From: Flectonema sp. DT1601
Lineage: Eukaryota
Length of the DNA: 64,000 nt
Assembly (NCBI GenBank): GCA_964019425.1
Contig: OZ025786.1
Span: 1,302,001-1,366,000 of the forward strand
Direction: 5' to 3'
Positions 49,474-62,998 of the stretch are shown one piece after another. Every line of letters starts with the position of its first letter. The stretch's first letter is position 1. Made by a program: the position numbers and the translations under genes. The notes under the pieces were generated by a model. It was given only the letters and a program-made list of their open reading frames with translations, did no database searches and was not told the DNA's origin.

Positions 49474-50307
49474 GAGTTGAATTTCCAGGTGAGATTTGGA
49501 CTGTTAGCTTTTGGCTAAGGCCCTCCCTGAAGAGCAAGAACAAAAAAACTACTCACACCTGAAGAAAACATACACAAAGAACACACTGTAAGCTGTGTGT
49601 GTATTTTGTGTTTGTCACAACAGGAGAGAAAAGAAAGAATGTCAAGGTTGGTCACCTTGCCTATCAACGCACAACATTGGTGGTCTCTACTAGACCCTGA
49701 GTGATCCCACTGGATCTCTCATCGTTCATAGTACCCTGTGTGAAGTTATAAAATCAAAGGTAAACTATGAACTACAAATGACTTAGCCTGTTATTATAAT
49801 GCCACAGGCAGGCCCTGCATTCAGCAACTATCCAGCAGTGCTTGGATGTCCTGATCTTCTTCTAAAAAAAAGAAAGAAAAACAAAACTGTAGCTGGGATC
49901 ACTCAGGATCAACAGACTACCAATGCTACCTGTTGTACTTGCTCACTATGGGGGGTGATGCCAAACACCCAGAAGTACTTAACTACTTTCCTTCTTGCTG
50001 CCCAGGAGTTTCTGACCAGAACTAATAGAAAATAAAAAGTAGATGGGAAACAATAAAAAGTAAAATGGATATAACTGAAGTTAAACAAGACAAATGAGGT
50101 AACAGACCAGAACAGAAAGAGGATTGTAATAGAAGATTACAAATAAAAGAAATGCAAGTATCAACACATAATCAAGATACACCAGCAGCTAACAAACAAC
50201 ATAAAATTGAAGATCAGTTGCCAGAGTATTTCAACCATGGTAGAATACTCGCCCCTCTGGCAGGGATTATCCCAGACTTGTCCTTTAATTTAGTTGGACA
50301 CCATGGC
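49474..50307 (-). mobile_element. Family X copy inserted in an H cap
   Basis: Splits TACATCG^GGAATAGGGC without a clear TSD. Confidence 0.85.
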
Positions 50308-50477
50308 AGGAATAGGGCAGGAGCCAAAAGCTCCCAGTCCGTTACTTCCCACTTTATCGAAATTCATTATATCACCCCTCTTTGTCCTCTAGCCTCAATT
50401 CCTCCGACAATGCCGCAGAGTGAAGCTCTCGACCGCACGCCGACCAAGATTTTACGACAAGAGAGTCACGTTATCTC

Positions 50478-52883
50478 GGAGTTGAATTACCAGGTGAGAT
50501 TTGGACAGTTAGCTTTTGGCTAAGGCCCTCCCTGAAGAGCAAGAACAGAAAAACTACTCACACCTGAAGAAAACATACACAAAGAACACACTGTAAGCTG
50601 TGTGTGTATTTTGTGTTTGTCACAACAGGAGAGAAAAGAAAGAATGTCAAGGTTGGTCACCTTGCCTATCAACGCACAACATTGGTGGTCTCTACTAGAC
50701 CCTGAGTGATCCCACTGGATCTCTCATCGTTCATAGTACCCTGTGTGAAGTTATAAAATCAAAGGTAAACTATGAACTACAAATGACTTAGCCTGTTATT
50801 ATAATGCCACAGGCAGGCCCTGCATTCAGCAACTATCCAGCAGTGCTTGGATGTCCTGATCTTCTTCTAAAAAAAAGAAAGAAAAACAAAACTGTAGCTG
50901 GGATCACTCAGGATCAACAGACTACCAATGCTACCTGTTGTACTTGCTCACTATGGGGGGTGATGCCAAACACCCAGAAGTACTTAACTACTTTCCTTCT
51001 TGCTGCCCAGGAGTTTCTGACCAGAACTAATAGAAAATAAAAAGTAGATGGGAAACAATAAAAAGTAAAATGGATATAACTGAAGTTAAACAAGACAAAT
51101 GAGGTAACAGACCAGAACAGAAAGAGGATTGTAATAGAAGATTACAAATAAAAAAAAATGCAAGTATCAACACATAATCAAGATACACCAGCAGCTAACA
51201 AACAACATAAAATTGAAGATCAGTTGCCAGAGTATTTCAACCATGGTAGAATACTCGCCCCTCTGGCAGGGATTATCCCAGACTTGTCCTTTAATCTAGT
51301 TGGACACCATGGCTTACAACCCTTCCAGAGGGAAGCACCATTATGACTTCTATTTTTTTTCTTCAAGAAAATCATAAGGTGGTAACAAAGAAAAATGCTA
51401 AGAGGAACCCCCTATTAACACCTAAGACATCTAAACTGCAGCCCAGCCTATGCCCAATGCACTAACAGGTCATTCCCTCACACTCAGATCAAAAAATCAA
51501 AGTTCAGAGTGCATCTTAGCGTGAATGAGAGAATTTCCTCCCGCTTATTTTGAACAAAAGGGATAGGAGAAGGGATAGAAAACGAACATAAAAATAAGAT
51601 TCTAAGTGAGAAACACTTAGCAGAAATACTTAGCAGCTTTTAAGGAGCTGAAAAGCAAAAAAAAAATCTAAGTGAGAAACACTTAGTAGAAACAATTTGT
51701 AGCTAATTAAGCTGAAAATAAAAAAATAAAAAATTTCTAAGTGAGAAATACTTAGCAACTTTTAGAACAAATATTTCAGTAAATAACCTGTAATGATTAA
51801 ACCATTACAGGTTTGATGTCAAAACTGACAAGGACTGAGTTGAATTACCAGGTGAGATTTGGACAGTTAGCTTTTGGCTAAGGCCCTCCCTGAAGAGCAA
51901 GAACAGAAAAACTACTCACACCTGAAGAAAACATACACAAAGAACACACTGTAAGCTGTGTGTGTATTTTGTGTTTGTCACAACAGGAGAGAAAAGAAAG
52001 AATGTCAAGGTTGGTCACCTTGCCTATCAACGCACAACATTGGTGGTCTCTACTAGACCCTGAGTGATCCCACTGGATCTCTCATCGTTCATAGTACCCT
52101 GTGTGAAGTTATAAAATCAAAGGTAAACTATGAACTACAAATGACTTAGCCTGTTATTATAATGCCACAGGCAGGCCCTGCATTCAGCAACTATCCAGCA
52201 GTGCTTGGATGTCCTGATCTTCTTCTAAAAAAAAGAAAGAAAAACAAAACTGTAGCTGGGATCACTCAGGATCAACAGACTACCAATGCTACCTGTTGTA
52301 CTTGCTCACTATGGGGGGTGATGCCAAACACCCAGAAGTACTTAACTACTTTCCTTCTTGCTGCCCAGGAGTTTCTGACCAGAACTAATAGAAAATAAAA
52401 AGTAGATGGGAAACAATAAAAAGTAAAATGGATATAACTGAAGTTAAACAAGACAAATGAGGTAACAGACCAGAACAGAAAGAGAATTGTAATAGAAGAT
52501 TACAAATAAAAAAAAATGCAAGTATCAACACATAATCAAGATACACCAGCAGCTAACAAACAACATAAAATTGAAGATCAGTTGCCAGAGTATTTCAACC
52601 ATGGTAGAATACTCGCCCCTCTGGCAGGGATTATCCCAGACTTGTCCTTTAATCTAGTTGGACACCATGGCTTACAACCCTTCCAGAGGGAAGCACCATT
52701 ATGACTTCTATTTTTTTTCTTCAAGAAAATCATAAGGTGGTAACAAAGAAAAATGCTAAGAGGAACCCCCTATTAACACCTAAGACATCTAAACTGCAGC
52801 CCAGCCTATGCCCAATGCACTAACAGGTCATTCCCTCACACTCAGATCAAAAAATCAAAGTTCAGAGTGCATCTTAGCGTGAA
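50478..52883 (-). mobile_element. Two tandem family X copies (~1,358-bp period) inserted in the outer H ORF
   Basis: GAGTTGAATTACCAGG at ~50479 and 51837; the ORF is split at GTTATCTC^TTAAAGAG. Confidence 0.85.
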
Positions 52884-53847
52884 TTAAAGAGAATACACCT
52901 ATTGCGAGACAATGGTCCGAGGGTAGGATTGACTTACTCGAGAATTACTGTCGAGCAGTAGATGACTCTCTCGAAACAAACGAGAAAGCGGCAGAGCTCT
53001 CAGAACAACTTCTGGATGCCCAACTTCGCCTCTCGGAGCTGAATCACCAACGGTGTACAACTCACGCAGAGCAGCTTGAGCAATCCATGATGTTAACGAT
53101 TTTCGATAAAGTGGGAAGTAACGGACTGGGAGCTTTTGGCTCCTGCCCTATTCCCGATGTAAACTTTCTTTTTATTTTTTATTTTTTTTAACAGGCCCAA
53201 AGGGCGACAATGATGGTTGCTGACCAAGGAATAATATTCAAATGAATTTTCGTTTCAAAGAAACGAACAGAATTAAGAGAGAGGCAGAGAAAAAAAAGAA
53301 AAAAAAGAAAGAAAAGAAAAAAGAAAAAAAATATGAAGAGGAAATAATCAAACATGAAAAAAAAAAAAAAAAAAAATATATAAATAAAAAAAACGTTGTA
53401 TGAAAAAGGAAAAAAAAAATAAGGACTGGCGAGCGATTTAAATGCTCAACTCGCCTTGGCACGGTCTCAAATTGCGGCCCTGAAGTTCCAATTAGCTTCA
53501 TGGGCAGAAGGTTTGAGTCCGCCAGACACAGAAGAACATGAGGAAAATGAAACTCCGCCGAGAAAGTCTGAGCGTTCAACTCTGAAAAAACGAACCCCTC
53601 CATCAAGATATCGTTACAATCGAAGGAGATGTTCTGCTGATGACGTTCACGGTGACTCCACCCCCTTGTAATTCTCTTTTTCCTTACTTTCACATCACTT
53701 TGTTTATTTAGTTTTTTAGCTTATTTATTATTTATTGTTCGTTTTTGTTTGTATTATTTTATCGATATGTTTATGTCCGTCAGATCATAACGTTAATCAG
53801 GTTAATTGTTAATTGTTAATTATAATTGTTAATTGTTAATTATAAAT
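52884..53847 (+). pseudogene. End of the outer H ORF (stop 53671) with an inverted cap insert at 53099-53422
   Basis: Matches ~42941-43560 once the insert is removed. Confidence 0.85.
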
Positions 53848-54302
53848 CTTTTTTCTTTAAAAATAAATAAAAAAGAATTTAAAAAAAAAAAAAAAAAAGA
53901 ATAAACAATGTTATCATTGTTTTTTTATCGATCGACTATGTCGATTACTTTCTATTTTCCGTCCTGGTCAAGACGCTAAACTGATTGTTTTTTTCAAAAT
54001 TAATAAAAAAGAATATAATAAAAAAAATAAAAAAAAAATAAAAAAAAAATAAAAAAAAAATAAAAAAAAAAAGATTAAACAATGTTATCATTGTTTTTTT
54101 TTATCGTTCGACCTTGTCGACTAATTTCTATTTTTTTTTCTTTAAAAATAAATAAAAAAGAATAAAAAAAAAAAAAAAAAAAAGAATAAACAATGTTATC
54201 ATTGTTTTTTTATCGATCGACTATGTCGATTACTTTCTATTTTCCGTCCTGGTCAAGACGCTAAATTGATTGTTTCTTCTTTAAAAATAAATTAAAAAAA
54301 AA

Positions 54303-54337
<35 letters not shown>

Positions 54338-54704
54338 AATAAACAATGTTATCATTGTTTTTATCGATCGGCTTTGTCGACTAATTTCTATTTTCCGTCC
54401 TGGTCAAGACGCTAAACTGATTGTTTTTCTAAAAATAAATAAAAAGAATAAAAAAAAAAAAAAAAAAAAAAGAATAAACAATGTTATCATTGTTTTTTTA
54501 TCGATCGACTCTGTCGACTAATTTCTATTTTCCGTTTTCTTTTCTTTAAAAAATAAATAAAAAGAATAAAAAAAAAAAAAAAAAAAAAAAGAATAAACAA
54601 TGTTATCATTGTTTCTTATCGATCGACTTTGTCGACTAATTTCTATTTTCCGTCCTGGTCAAGACGCTAAACTGATTGTTTTTTCTTTAAAAATAAATAA
54701 AAGA

Positions 54705-54738
<34 letters not shown>

Positions 54739-56145
54739 AATAAACAATGTTATCATTGTTTTTTTTTATCGATCGACTTTGTCGACTAATTTCTATTTTC
54801 CGTCCTGGTCAAGACGCTAAACTGATTAGTTTTTTCTTTAAAAAATAAATAAAAAGAATAAAAAAAAAAAAAAAAAAAATGAATAAACAATGTTATCATT
54901 GGTTCTTATCGATCGACTTTGTCGACTAATTTCTATTTTCCGTCCTGGTCAAGACGCTAAACTGATTGTTTATTCCTTTAAAAAATAAATAAAAGATATA
55001 AAAAAAAAAAAAAAAAAAAAGAAATAAACAATGTTATCATTGTTTTTTTTATCGATCGACTTTGTCGATTACTGTCTACTTTCCGTCCTGGTCAAGACGC
55101 TAAACTGATTTTTTTTTTTTTTTTAAAAATTAATAAAAAGAATATAAAAAAAAAAAAAAAAAAAAAATGAATAAACAATGTTATCATTGTTTCTTATCGA
55201 TCGACTTTGTCGACTAATTTCTATTTTCCGTCCTGGTCAGGACGCTAAACTGATTGTTTTTTCTTTAAAAAATAAATAAAAAGATAAATAAAAAAAAAAA
55301 AAAAAAAAGGAATAAACAATGTTATCATTGTTTTTTTTATCGATCGACTATGTCGATTACTTTCTATTTTCCGTCCTGGTCAGGACGCTAAACTGATTGT
55401 TTTTTCTTTAAGAAATAAATAAAAAGTTAAAAAAAAAAAAAAAAAAAAAAAAGGAATAAACAATGTTATCATTGTTTTTTTTTTATCGATCGACTATGTC
55501 GATTACTTTCTATTTTCTGTCCTGGTCAAGACGCTAAACGGAAGTTTTTTCTTTAAAATAATTAAAAGGATTTAAAAAAAAAAAAAAAAAAAAAAAAAGA
55601 ATAAACAATGTTATCATTGTTTTTTTTTCTATCGATCAACTATGTCGATTAATTTCTATTTTCCGTCCTGATCGAGACACTAAACTGATTGTTTCCTTTT
55701 TTTTTAAATAATAAATAAAAAAAAAAAAATAAAAAAAAAAAAAAAAAAGAGCATCTCCCTGCTATCCCTCATATCCCCACAATAATATTATACCTTTTCA
55801 TTTTCTCTTTCCTTTTCTGGTCTTTATTTTTTTTTTCCTTTTTCATACAACGTTTTTTTATTTATATATTTTTTTTTTTTTTTTTCATGTTTGATTATTT
55901 CCTCTTCATATTTTTTTTTCTTTTTTCTTTTCTTTCTTTTTTTTCTTTTTTTTCTCTGCCTCTCTCTTAATTCTGTTCGTTTCTTTGAAACGAAAATTCA
56001 TTTGAATATTATTCCTTGGTCAGCAACCATCATTGTCGCCCTTTGGGCCTGTTAAAAAAAATAAAAAATAAAAAGAAAGTTTACATCGGGAATAGGGCAG
56101 GAGCCAAAAGCTCCCAGTCCGTTACTTCCCACTTTATCGAAATTC
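53848..56145 (+). mobile_element. 5'-truncated H insertion made only of satellite plus cap
   Basis: Splits ATAAAT(GG)TCTAAACCCC with a 2-bp loss. Confidence 0.85.
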
Positions 56146-57540
56146 TCTAAACCCCAATCCAAGTTCCCAAGGCTTGGCATAGATTTGAGTGACGCCTTAC
56201 TGGCCTCCTCATCCTCTATGAGTGGTGAGGGGGCCAGCAATGGTTTTTTTTTTTTTTTTTTCTCTTATTTCTTTTTTTCTTTTTCTTTTACTCTAATATG
56301 AAATATTTTTGAACAAAATGTGATTATTAATTTAAAAAAAAAAAAAAAAAATAATAATGTAAATGAATAAAAAAAAAAAAAAAACATGCCTTGGGAATAC
56401 AATCAAAGCCCCAATTAATCGGTCCTTTCTTTTTCCTTCTTGTCAAGTGATCGCTCCACTCGACGATCACCAAAACCGATTGTATTTATATCTGTTCTTT
56501 TCTCAACGATCGGCTATACCGACCATTTTTTTTTTTATAAATAATTGTTTTCTTCTTCTCGACGATCAGTTCCAATTGATCGACCTTTTTTTTTTTTTTC
56601 CTTTATTCCTTCCATCCCTCCCGCTCCCCTAATTTTAAATAAAAACAAGATCAGCTCAGCTTGATCGTTAATCTTTTTTTCTTTTTTTAATTTAAACTGA
56701 TTGTATTTATATCTGTTTATTTTTCTCAACGATCGGCTATACCGATCAACCTTTAAAATAATTTCTTCTTCTCGACGATCAGATCCAAATGATCAACCTT
56801 TTCTTTTTTTTTCCTCTATTCCTTCCATCCCTCCCGCTCCCCTATTTGTAATAAAAACAAGATCAGCTCAGCTTGATCGTTAATTTTTTTTCTTTCTTTT
56901 TTGTTGGTCCTAGTCAAGACCTTAAACTGACTAACCGGTCTTAATTTTAAATAAGTGTTAACCTAGTTTCTCTTTTCCTTTTCAATTTCCTTTTAATACT
57001 CTCTATCTGGTCTGTTATGTCATATTTCTCATTTAATTTTATCATCCATTTTACTTTTCACTGTTTCCCATCTACATTTTATTTTCAAATAGTTACGGTC
57101 TGTTAAAAAAAAAAAAAGTTTAAATAAGTTAAATAGAACATGTTAACTCAATTCCTCAATTCTTCCGTCATGGTCATGACATTCTTTTTCGTTTCTCTAA
57201 ATGCACAAGAGATACCATCACTCATGAGATACCAACGCACATACGAGATACCAGCACTCCAGAGATACCGACACGCTAGAGATACCAAGTCACTTGAGAT
57301 ACCTCCTTGTAAATTAATTCCCGGTATTTCAAATTTGAATTGATAGTGTCAACTCTGCTTGCTGCTCTTGTTAATGTGTTGTCTCCTGACAGTGATCTTA
57401 ACTCCTGTAAAAAGAAAAAAAAAAAAAGAAATCAAAAAAGAAGAATTTTCAAACGAAGTTATAACAACCCCTACCACCCATTATGATCAATTCCGCTTGT
57501 TTTTTTTTTTTTTATAACAAAAAAAAAATAAAAAATTATA
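56146..57540 (+). mobile_element. H 3' UTR of the outer copy
   Basis: Homologous to ~34328-35780 and ~43563-45025. Confidence 0.85.
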
Positions 57541-57561
57541 AAAGATTAAACAATGTTATCA

Positions 57562-57610
<49 letters not shown>

Positions 57611-58407
57611 CTATCGACTATGTCGATTACTTTCTATTTTCCGTCCTGGTCAAGACGCTAAACTGATTGTTTTTTTTTCAAAATTAATAAAAAAGAATAT
57701 AAAAAAAATAAAAAAAAAAAAGAATAAACAGTGTTATCATTGTTTTTTTTTATCGTTCGACTTTGTTGACTAATTTCTATTTTCCATTTTTTTTCTTTTT
57801 AAAAAATAAATAAAAAGAATTAAAATAAAAAAAAAAAAAAAAAGAATAAACAATGTTATCATTGTTTTTTTTATCGATCGACTATGTCGATTACTTTCTA
57901 TTTTCCGTCCTGGTCAGGACGCTAAACTGATTGTTTTTTCTTTAAAAATAAATAAAAAGAATAAAAAAAAAAAAAAAGGAATAAACAATGATATCATTGT
58001 TTTTTTTTTATCGATCGACTATGTCGATTACTTACTATTTTCCGTCCTGGTCAAGACGCTAAACTGATTGTTTTTTCTTTAAAATAATTAAAAAGATTTA
58101 AAAAAAAAAAAAAAAAAAAAAAATGAATAAACAATGTTATCATAGTTTTTTTTTCTATCGATCAACTATGTCGATTAATTTCTATTTTCCGTCCTGATCG
58201 AGACGCTAAACTGATTGTTTCCTTTTTTTAAATAATAAATAAGAAAAAAAAAAAAAAAAAAAAAAAAAAGAGCATCTCCCTGCTATCCCTCATATCCCCA
58301 CAATAATATTATACCTTTTCATTTTCTCTTTCCTTTTCTGGTCTTTTTTTTTTCTTTTTTTTCCTTTTTCATACAACGTTTTTTATTTATATTTATATTT
58401 ATATATA

Positions 58408-59186
58408 TCAGTCATTCCTTTTTTTTGCGAACAAAAAACACCATTTTCTCACCGCCTGAGCAAGGTTACACGATATGTTACTTTTGCTCGATTTTTTATT
58501 TTTTGGAATCGGGGAGGGTGCGATCTGTAAAATTAGGCATAGGGATATACTTTTAAACATGGTAAGTGCTGCTAAAAAGAGATAAACGTCTCTTTGCAAG
58601 ATTTCCTTGGTACTACTCAATGATAAATATTAATCCCAGACCTGGAATGGAAAGATCGAGAAAATCTGAGTAAAAAACACCCTAATTTTTTTTTTTTTAC
58701 TAATTTTTTTTCCTTCTCCCGAACTCAAGAGATATGCACCTTTTTGCTAACTAATCAACCCTAGTAGCAATTATGTAAGGAAAATGTTGCATCTATATAA
58801 AGAAAGTGTTTTCATTAAGTATCAAAGTAGGTCCAAAAAGACAGGTAGTAACAATCTGCCTCACCGGCACATGCTGAGTACTCTTTAATATATTTTTGCT
58901 CGATTATTTTTTCTCTGAATCCCGCTGGGTCAGCAGTGTAAAATTAGACCCTTCGATTAATTTTTAGTTTTGGTACTTGTCCACGGCTGAGCTGATTTAG
59001 TAAACCACAAAATCTCTTTTCTCAATTCGGGAGACAAGTATGTGATGCCAACCTCCCGATTTCGGACGGAAATGAACCCAACGATGCAGCGCATTAAAAT
59101 GCCGCTTCGATCGAAATTTTTACAATTTTTTTTTGAAAATTTTTTTCAGTGTCCAGAATTTGTTCGCAAAAAAAAGGAATGACTGA
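58408..59186. mobile_element. ~780-bp non-autonomous TIR element in a (TA)n tract
   Basis: TIR TCAGTCATTCC(T)nGCGAACAAA / TTTGTTCGC(A)nGGAATGACTGA; absent from other caps. Confidence 0.85.
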
Positions 59187-60674
59187 TATATATTTTTTTT
59201 TTTTTTTTTTTTTCATGTTTGATTATTTCCTCTTCATTTTTTTTTTTCTTTTCTTTTCTTTCTTTTTTTTTTTTTTTTCCTCTGCCTCTCTCTTAATTCT
59301 GTTCGTTTCTTTGAAACGAAAATTCATTTGAATATTATTCCTTGGTCAGCAACCATCATTGTCGCCCTTTGGGCCTGTTAAAAAAAATAAAAATAAAAAG
59401 AAAGTTTACATCGGGAATAGGGCAGGAGCCAAAAGCTCCCAGTCCGTTACTTCCCACTTTATCGAAATTCAGTTATCGATCGACTATGTCGATTACTTTC
59501 TATTTTCCGTCCTGGTCAAGACGCTAAACTGATTGTTTTTTTTTTTTTTTTCCAAAATTAATAAAAAAGAATATAAAAAAAAAAAAATAAAAAAAAGAAT
59601 AAACAATGTTATCATTGTTTTTTTATCGTTCGACTTTGTCGACTAATTTCTATTTTCCGTTTTTTCTTAAAAAGTAAATAAAAAGAATTTAAAAAAAAAA
59701 AAAAAAAAAAAGAATAAACAATGTTATCATTGTTTTTTTATCGATCGACTATGTCGATTACTTTCTATTTTCCGTCCTGGTCAAGACGCTAAACTGATTG
59801 TTTTTTTTTTTTTTTCAAAATTAATAAAAAAGAATATAAAAAAAAAAAAATAAAAAAAAAAATAAACAATGTTATCATTGTTTTCTTATCGTTCGACTTT
59901 GTCGACTAATTTCTATTTTCCGTTTTTTTTTTCTTAAAAAATAAATAAAAAGAATTTAAAAAAAAAAAAAAAAAAAAGAATAAACAATGTTATCATTGTT
60001 TTTTTATCGATCGACTATGTCGATTACTTTCTATTTTCCGTCCTGGTCAAGACGCTAAACTGATTGTTTTTTTTTTTTTTTTCAAAATTAATAAAAAAGA
60101 ATATAAAAAAAAAAAATAAAAAAAAGAATAAACAATGTTATCATTGTTTTTTTATCGTTCGACTTTGTCGACTAAATTCTATTTTCCGTTTTTTCTCTTA
60201 AAAAAAATAAATAAAAAGAATTTAAAAAAAAAAAAAAAAAAAGAATAAACAATGTTATCATTGTTTTTTTATCGATTCTGTCCTGGTCAGGACGCTAAAC
60301 TGATTGTTTTTTTTTTTCAAAATTAATAAAAAAGATTATAAAATAAAAAAAATAAAAAAAAGAATAAACAATGTTATCATTGTTTTTTTATCGTTCGACT
60401 TTGTCGACTAATTTCTATTTTCCGTTTTTTTCTCTTAAAAAATAAAGGGAAAACCTCTAATTCAACAAAAATAGTTTGCGAAATCGCCAACTCCCTACAA
60501 AAAAAAGTTGTCCACCAGGACTCGAACTTGACCCAAAAATTTGGCTTGCGGCGGGTTTTTTGTTTTTTAGCCTACTAAGCTGGGAAGAGTGCAAGCCCCC
60601 CAAGGGGGGGGAGCCCTAATAAAAGCCCGCCTGTCCCGTACAAAGTCCAACCTGAAAAAACAAATTTGCAACTG

Positions 60675-60706
<32 letters not shown>

Positions 60707-61084
60707 TTCTAATTAAAGACGCGCATGAATGGACCAATGAGATTCCTTCTGCCCCTACCTACTATCTGGCGAACAGCAGTCAAGGGAACGGACTTGAAAC
60801 TGTCAGCGGGGAAAGAAGACCCTGTTGAGTTTGACTCTAGTCTGACTTTGTGCAGTGACATAGGGGGTGTAGTTATAGGTGGGAGGTTTACCAACAATGA
60901 AATACCACTACTCTTATCGTCGCTTTACTTATCCAATGATGGGGGAACGGCAGCTGCCTCTTCGGAGGTTAGGGTCCTTTCGGACTCGTGGCTTTTCCGA
61001 TTCCGGAGACAAACGGGCTTCGGCTCGACCCCTCGTTTGGAGACACCAGTCATGTTGGGAGTTTGGCTGGGAGGAGGGCCACAT
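60675..61084 (+). pseudogene. 28S (LSU) rRNA gene fragment inside the Mutator-like element
   Basis: Conserved LSU blocks TCTCTTAAGGTAGCCAAATGCCTCGTC, CAGCGGGGAAAGAAGACCCTGTTGAG, TGAAATACCACTAC, GAGTTTGGCTGGG. Confidence 0.9.
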
Positions 61085-61421
61085 GACGAAGGCTTCTGAG
61101 TCACGAACCTAAATCGATGATGAGGATCGTTAAGCCACATTTCTAAAGGCTTTTACTAACGTGAGAATTTCTGTTGTCGATGGTTCGAATATGCCTGACA
61201 AAAATTACCTAATTTGGAACTTGAAGTCTGGTGAATTTTGGTTGGAGGTCTTAGTCTCACTGGTGAACTGCACAGTAACATTTTAAAGTGATCGATCACA
61301 CGGGAGGGGTCTTGGTGATTTATTGCAACGGGAATATGTCTCAACTCGACCAGTGGGTGATCAATCCGCCCTTTGACTATGTTTTGGTCTCATTTTCCGT
61401 CATTACGAAAAAGAGAAAAAA

Positions 61422-61493
61422 GGATGTCACGGGGTTCGAACCCGAGACCTCCGGGTCATGATTCGGCGGTCATAACCAGTAGACCACCGGAGC
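61422..61493 (-). promoter_or_regulatory. tRNA-derived sequence (Pol III A/B boxes)
   Basis: Minus strand reads GCTCCGGTGGTCTACTGG...GGTTCGAACCCC, then a T-run. Confidence 0.6.
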
Positions 61494-62026
61494 TCAAAAA
61501 ATTCTGAAAATTTTCCCGTCATGTTGGGTTGTTTCGAGCGGTTAAAATTTTTGTGATGAGTTGGCGATTTCGCAAACTATTTTTGTGGAATTAGGGGTTT
61601 TCCCAAAAATAAATAAAAAGAATTTAAAAAAAAAAAAAAAAAAGAATAAACAATGTTATCATTGTTTTTTTATCGATCGACTATGTCGATTACTTTCTAT
61701 TTTCCGTCCTGGTCAAGACGCTAAACTGATTGTTTTTTTTTTTTCTCAAAATTAATAAAAAAGATTATAAAAAAAAAAAATAAAAAAAGAATAAACAATG
61801 TTATCATTGTTTTTTTATCGTTCGACTTTGTCGACTAATTTCTATTTTCCGTTTTTTTTCTTAAAAAATAAATAAAAAGAATTTAAAAAAAAAAAAAAAA
61901 AAAAGAATAAACAATGTTATCATTGTTTTTTTATCGATCGACTTTGTCGACTAATTTCTATTTTCCGTCCCGGTCAAGACGCTAAACTGATTGTTTTTTC
62001 TAAATAAATAAAAAGAATAAAAAAAA

Positions 62027-62998
62027 CGACCTGTGACCACGCACCACCGATGCAAAAGGGACCAAGGGTCAAATGTGACTTCTGCCGTAGATTGCTACAA
62101 CGGAAATGGCTCAGGAGCAGATGCACGAAGTGCCAGATAACCACCTGCCGCAGGTGCTGGACCGCCGGAGAGAAGAATGCCACCAGAGCCTTGGCTCACC
62201 CAGACGGTACGCCAAGACACGGGAGGACGAGGTCGTGCCCGTCCCCAGCCGAGAAGACAAAGAAAAAGTTATCACCATACAGTTCCGCGGACTCAGAGAA
62301 GACCAACCTGAGTCCGGGGAAGAGACTTAAAGACGACTGCTGAGATCTGTGGGTGTACTCACACGTCCCCTCCCCCTCCTCCTCCCCCACCCCCCCCCTT
62401 TATACCCACCGGAATAGATAATTTCTTTTAAAAGTGTCACTGTGAGACCACAAAGAAAGCCGCACGTCCTCGGCAAAAAGAAGCCTGAGATGCTGACAAA
62501 AAGTCGATCTGTTAGTGAAACCTTGCCACTTAGCTTAGCTCTTCCAAAAACAACCAAGGCGGAACAAGATTGACTGCATCGAAGGTGGAAACCGACAGCG
62601 TGCGAAGAAGAAAAAAGTAAAAGACTTAGGTAAAGCATACAACAGGTTATTAGGGAATAACCGCCGTCACATGGAAGAGTGATGAGTAAACCAGGGGCAA
62701 TAATTACAACTTGGTCCACCGGGCTGGTGACAATGTTCCAACGTAGCATGCTAGGGCTAAGACAAGAGATGCGCCTGACGCGGGTGGAGTAGAGTCTTGT
62801 TATATTTTGGAGCGCAACGTTTTCGAACTACCCACAATATACCCGTCAGGAGGCAACTTGTACTTGGCTTACAATTTTAAAGACTACCAGTTTTCTCAGA
62901 TAGAATTCCAGCAGACAAAGAAAAGTAAAAGAACTGTACTAGCATGTGGTTTCTTCCCGGCATCTTCGCTTCGGCGAAAAAAAAATAAAAAAAAAAAA

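Larger units (their letters stand above)
39728..50365 (+). mobile_element. H copy 4: 5'-truncated intact-frame ORF (variant A tail, stop 43404), UTR, satellite and cap split by X
   Basis: Open frame from DLADAFG to the stop. The cap is interrupted at 49473 and resumes at 50309; the outer ORF resumes at 50366. Confidence 0.85.
60447..61604. mobile_element. Non-autonomous Mutator-like (Pack-type) element
   Basis: 47-bp TIRs (2 mismatches) starting GGGAAAACC; 9-bp TSD AAAAATAAA. Confidence 0.85.

Noticed and set aside
49474..52883. X repeats as LTRs of an LTR retrotransposon
   Set aside because: No TG...CA ends, PBS, TSD or gag-pol; one fixed end and one variable end.
60672..60700. Hammerhead core CTGATGA next to the 28S fragment
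   Set aside because: No stem II followed by GAAA; the sequence overlaps the normal rDNA AACTATGACTC with one extra base.
60675..61084. Functional rDNA locus
   Set aside because: Only ~410 bp, bounded by TIRs, and the two copies differ by indels.
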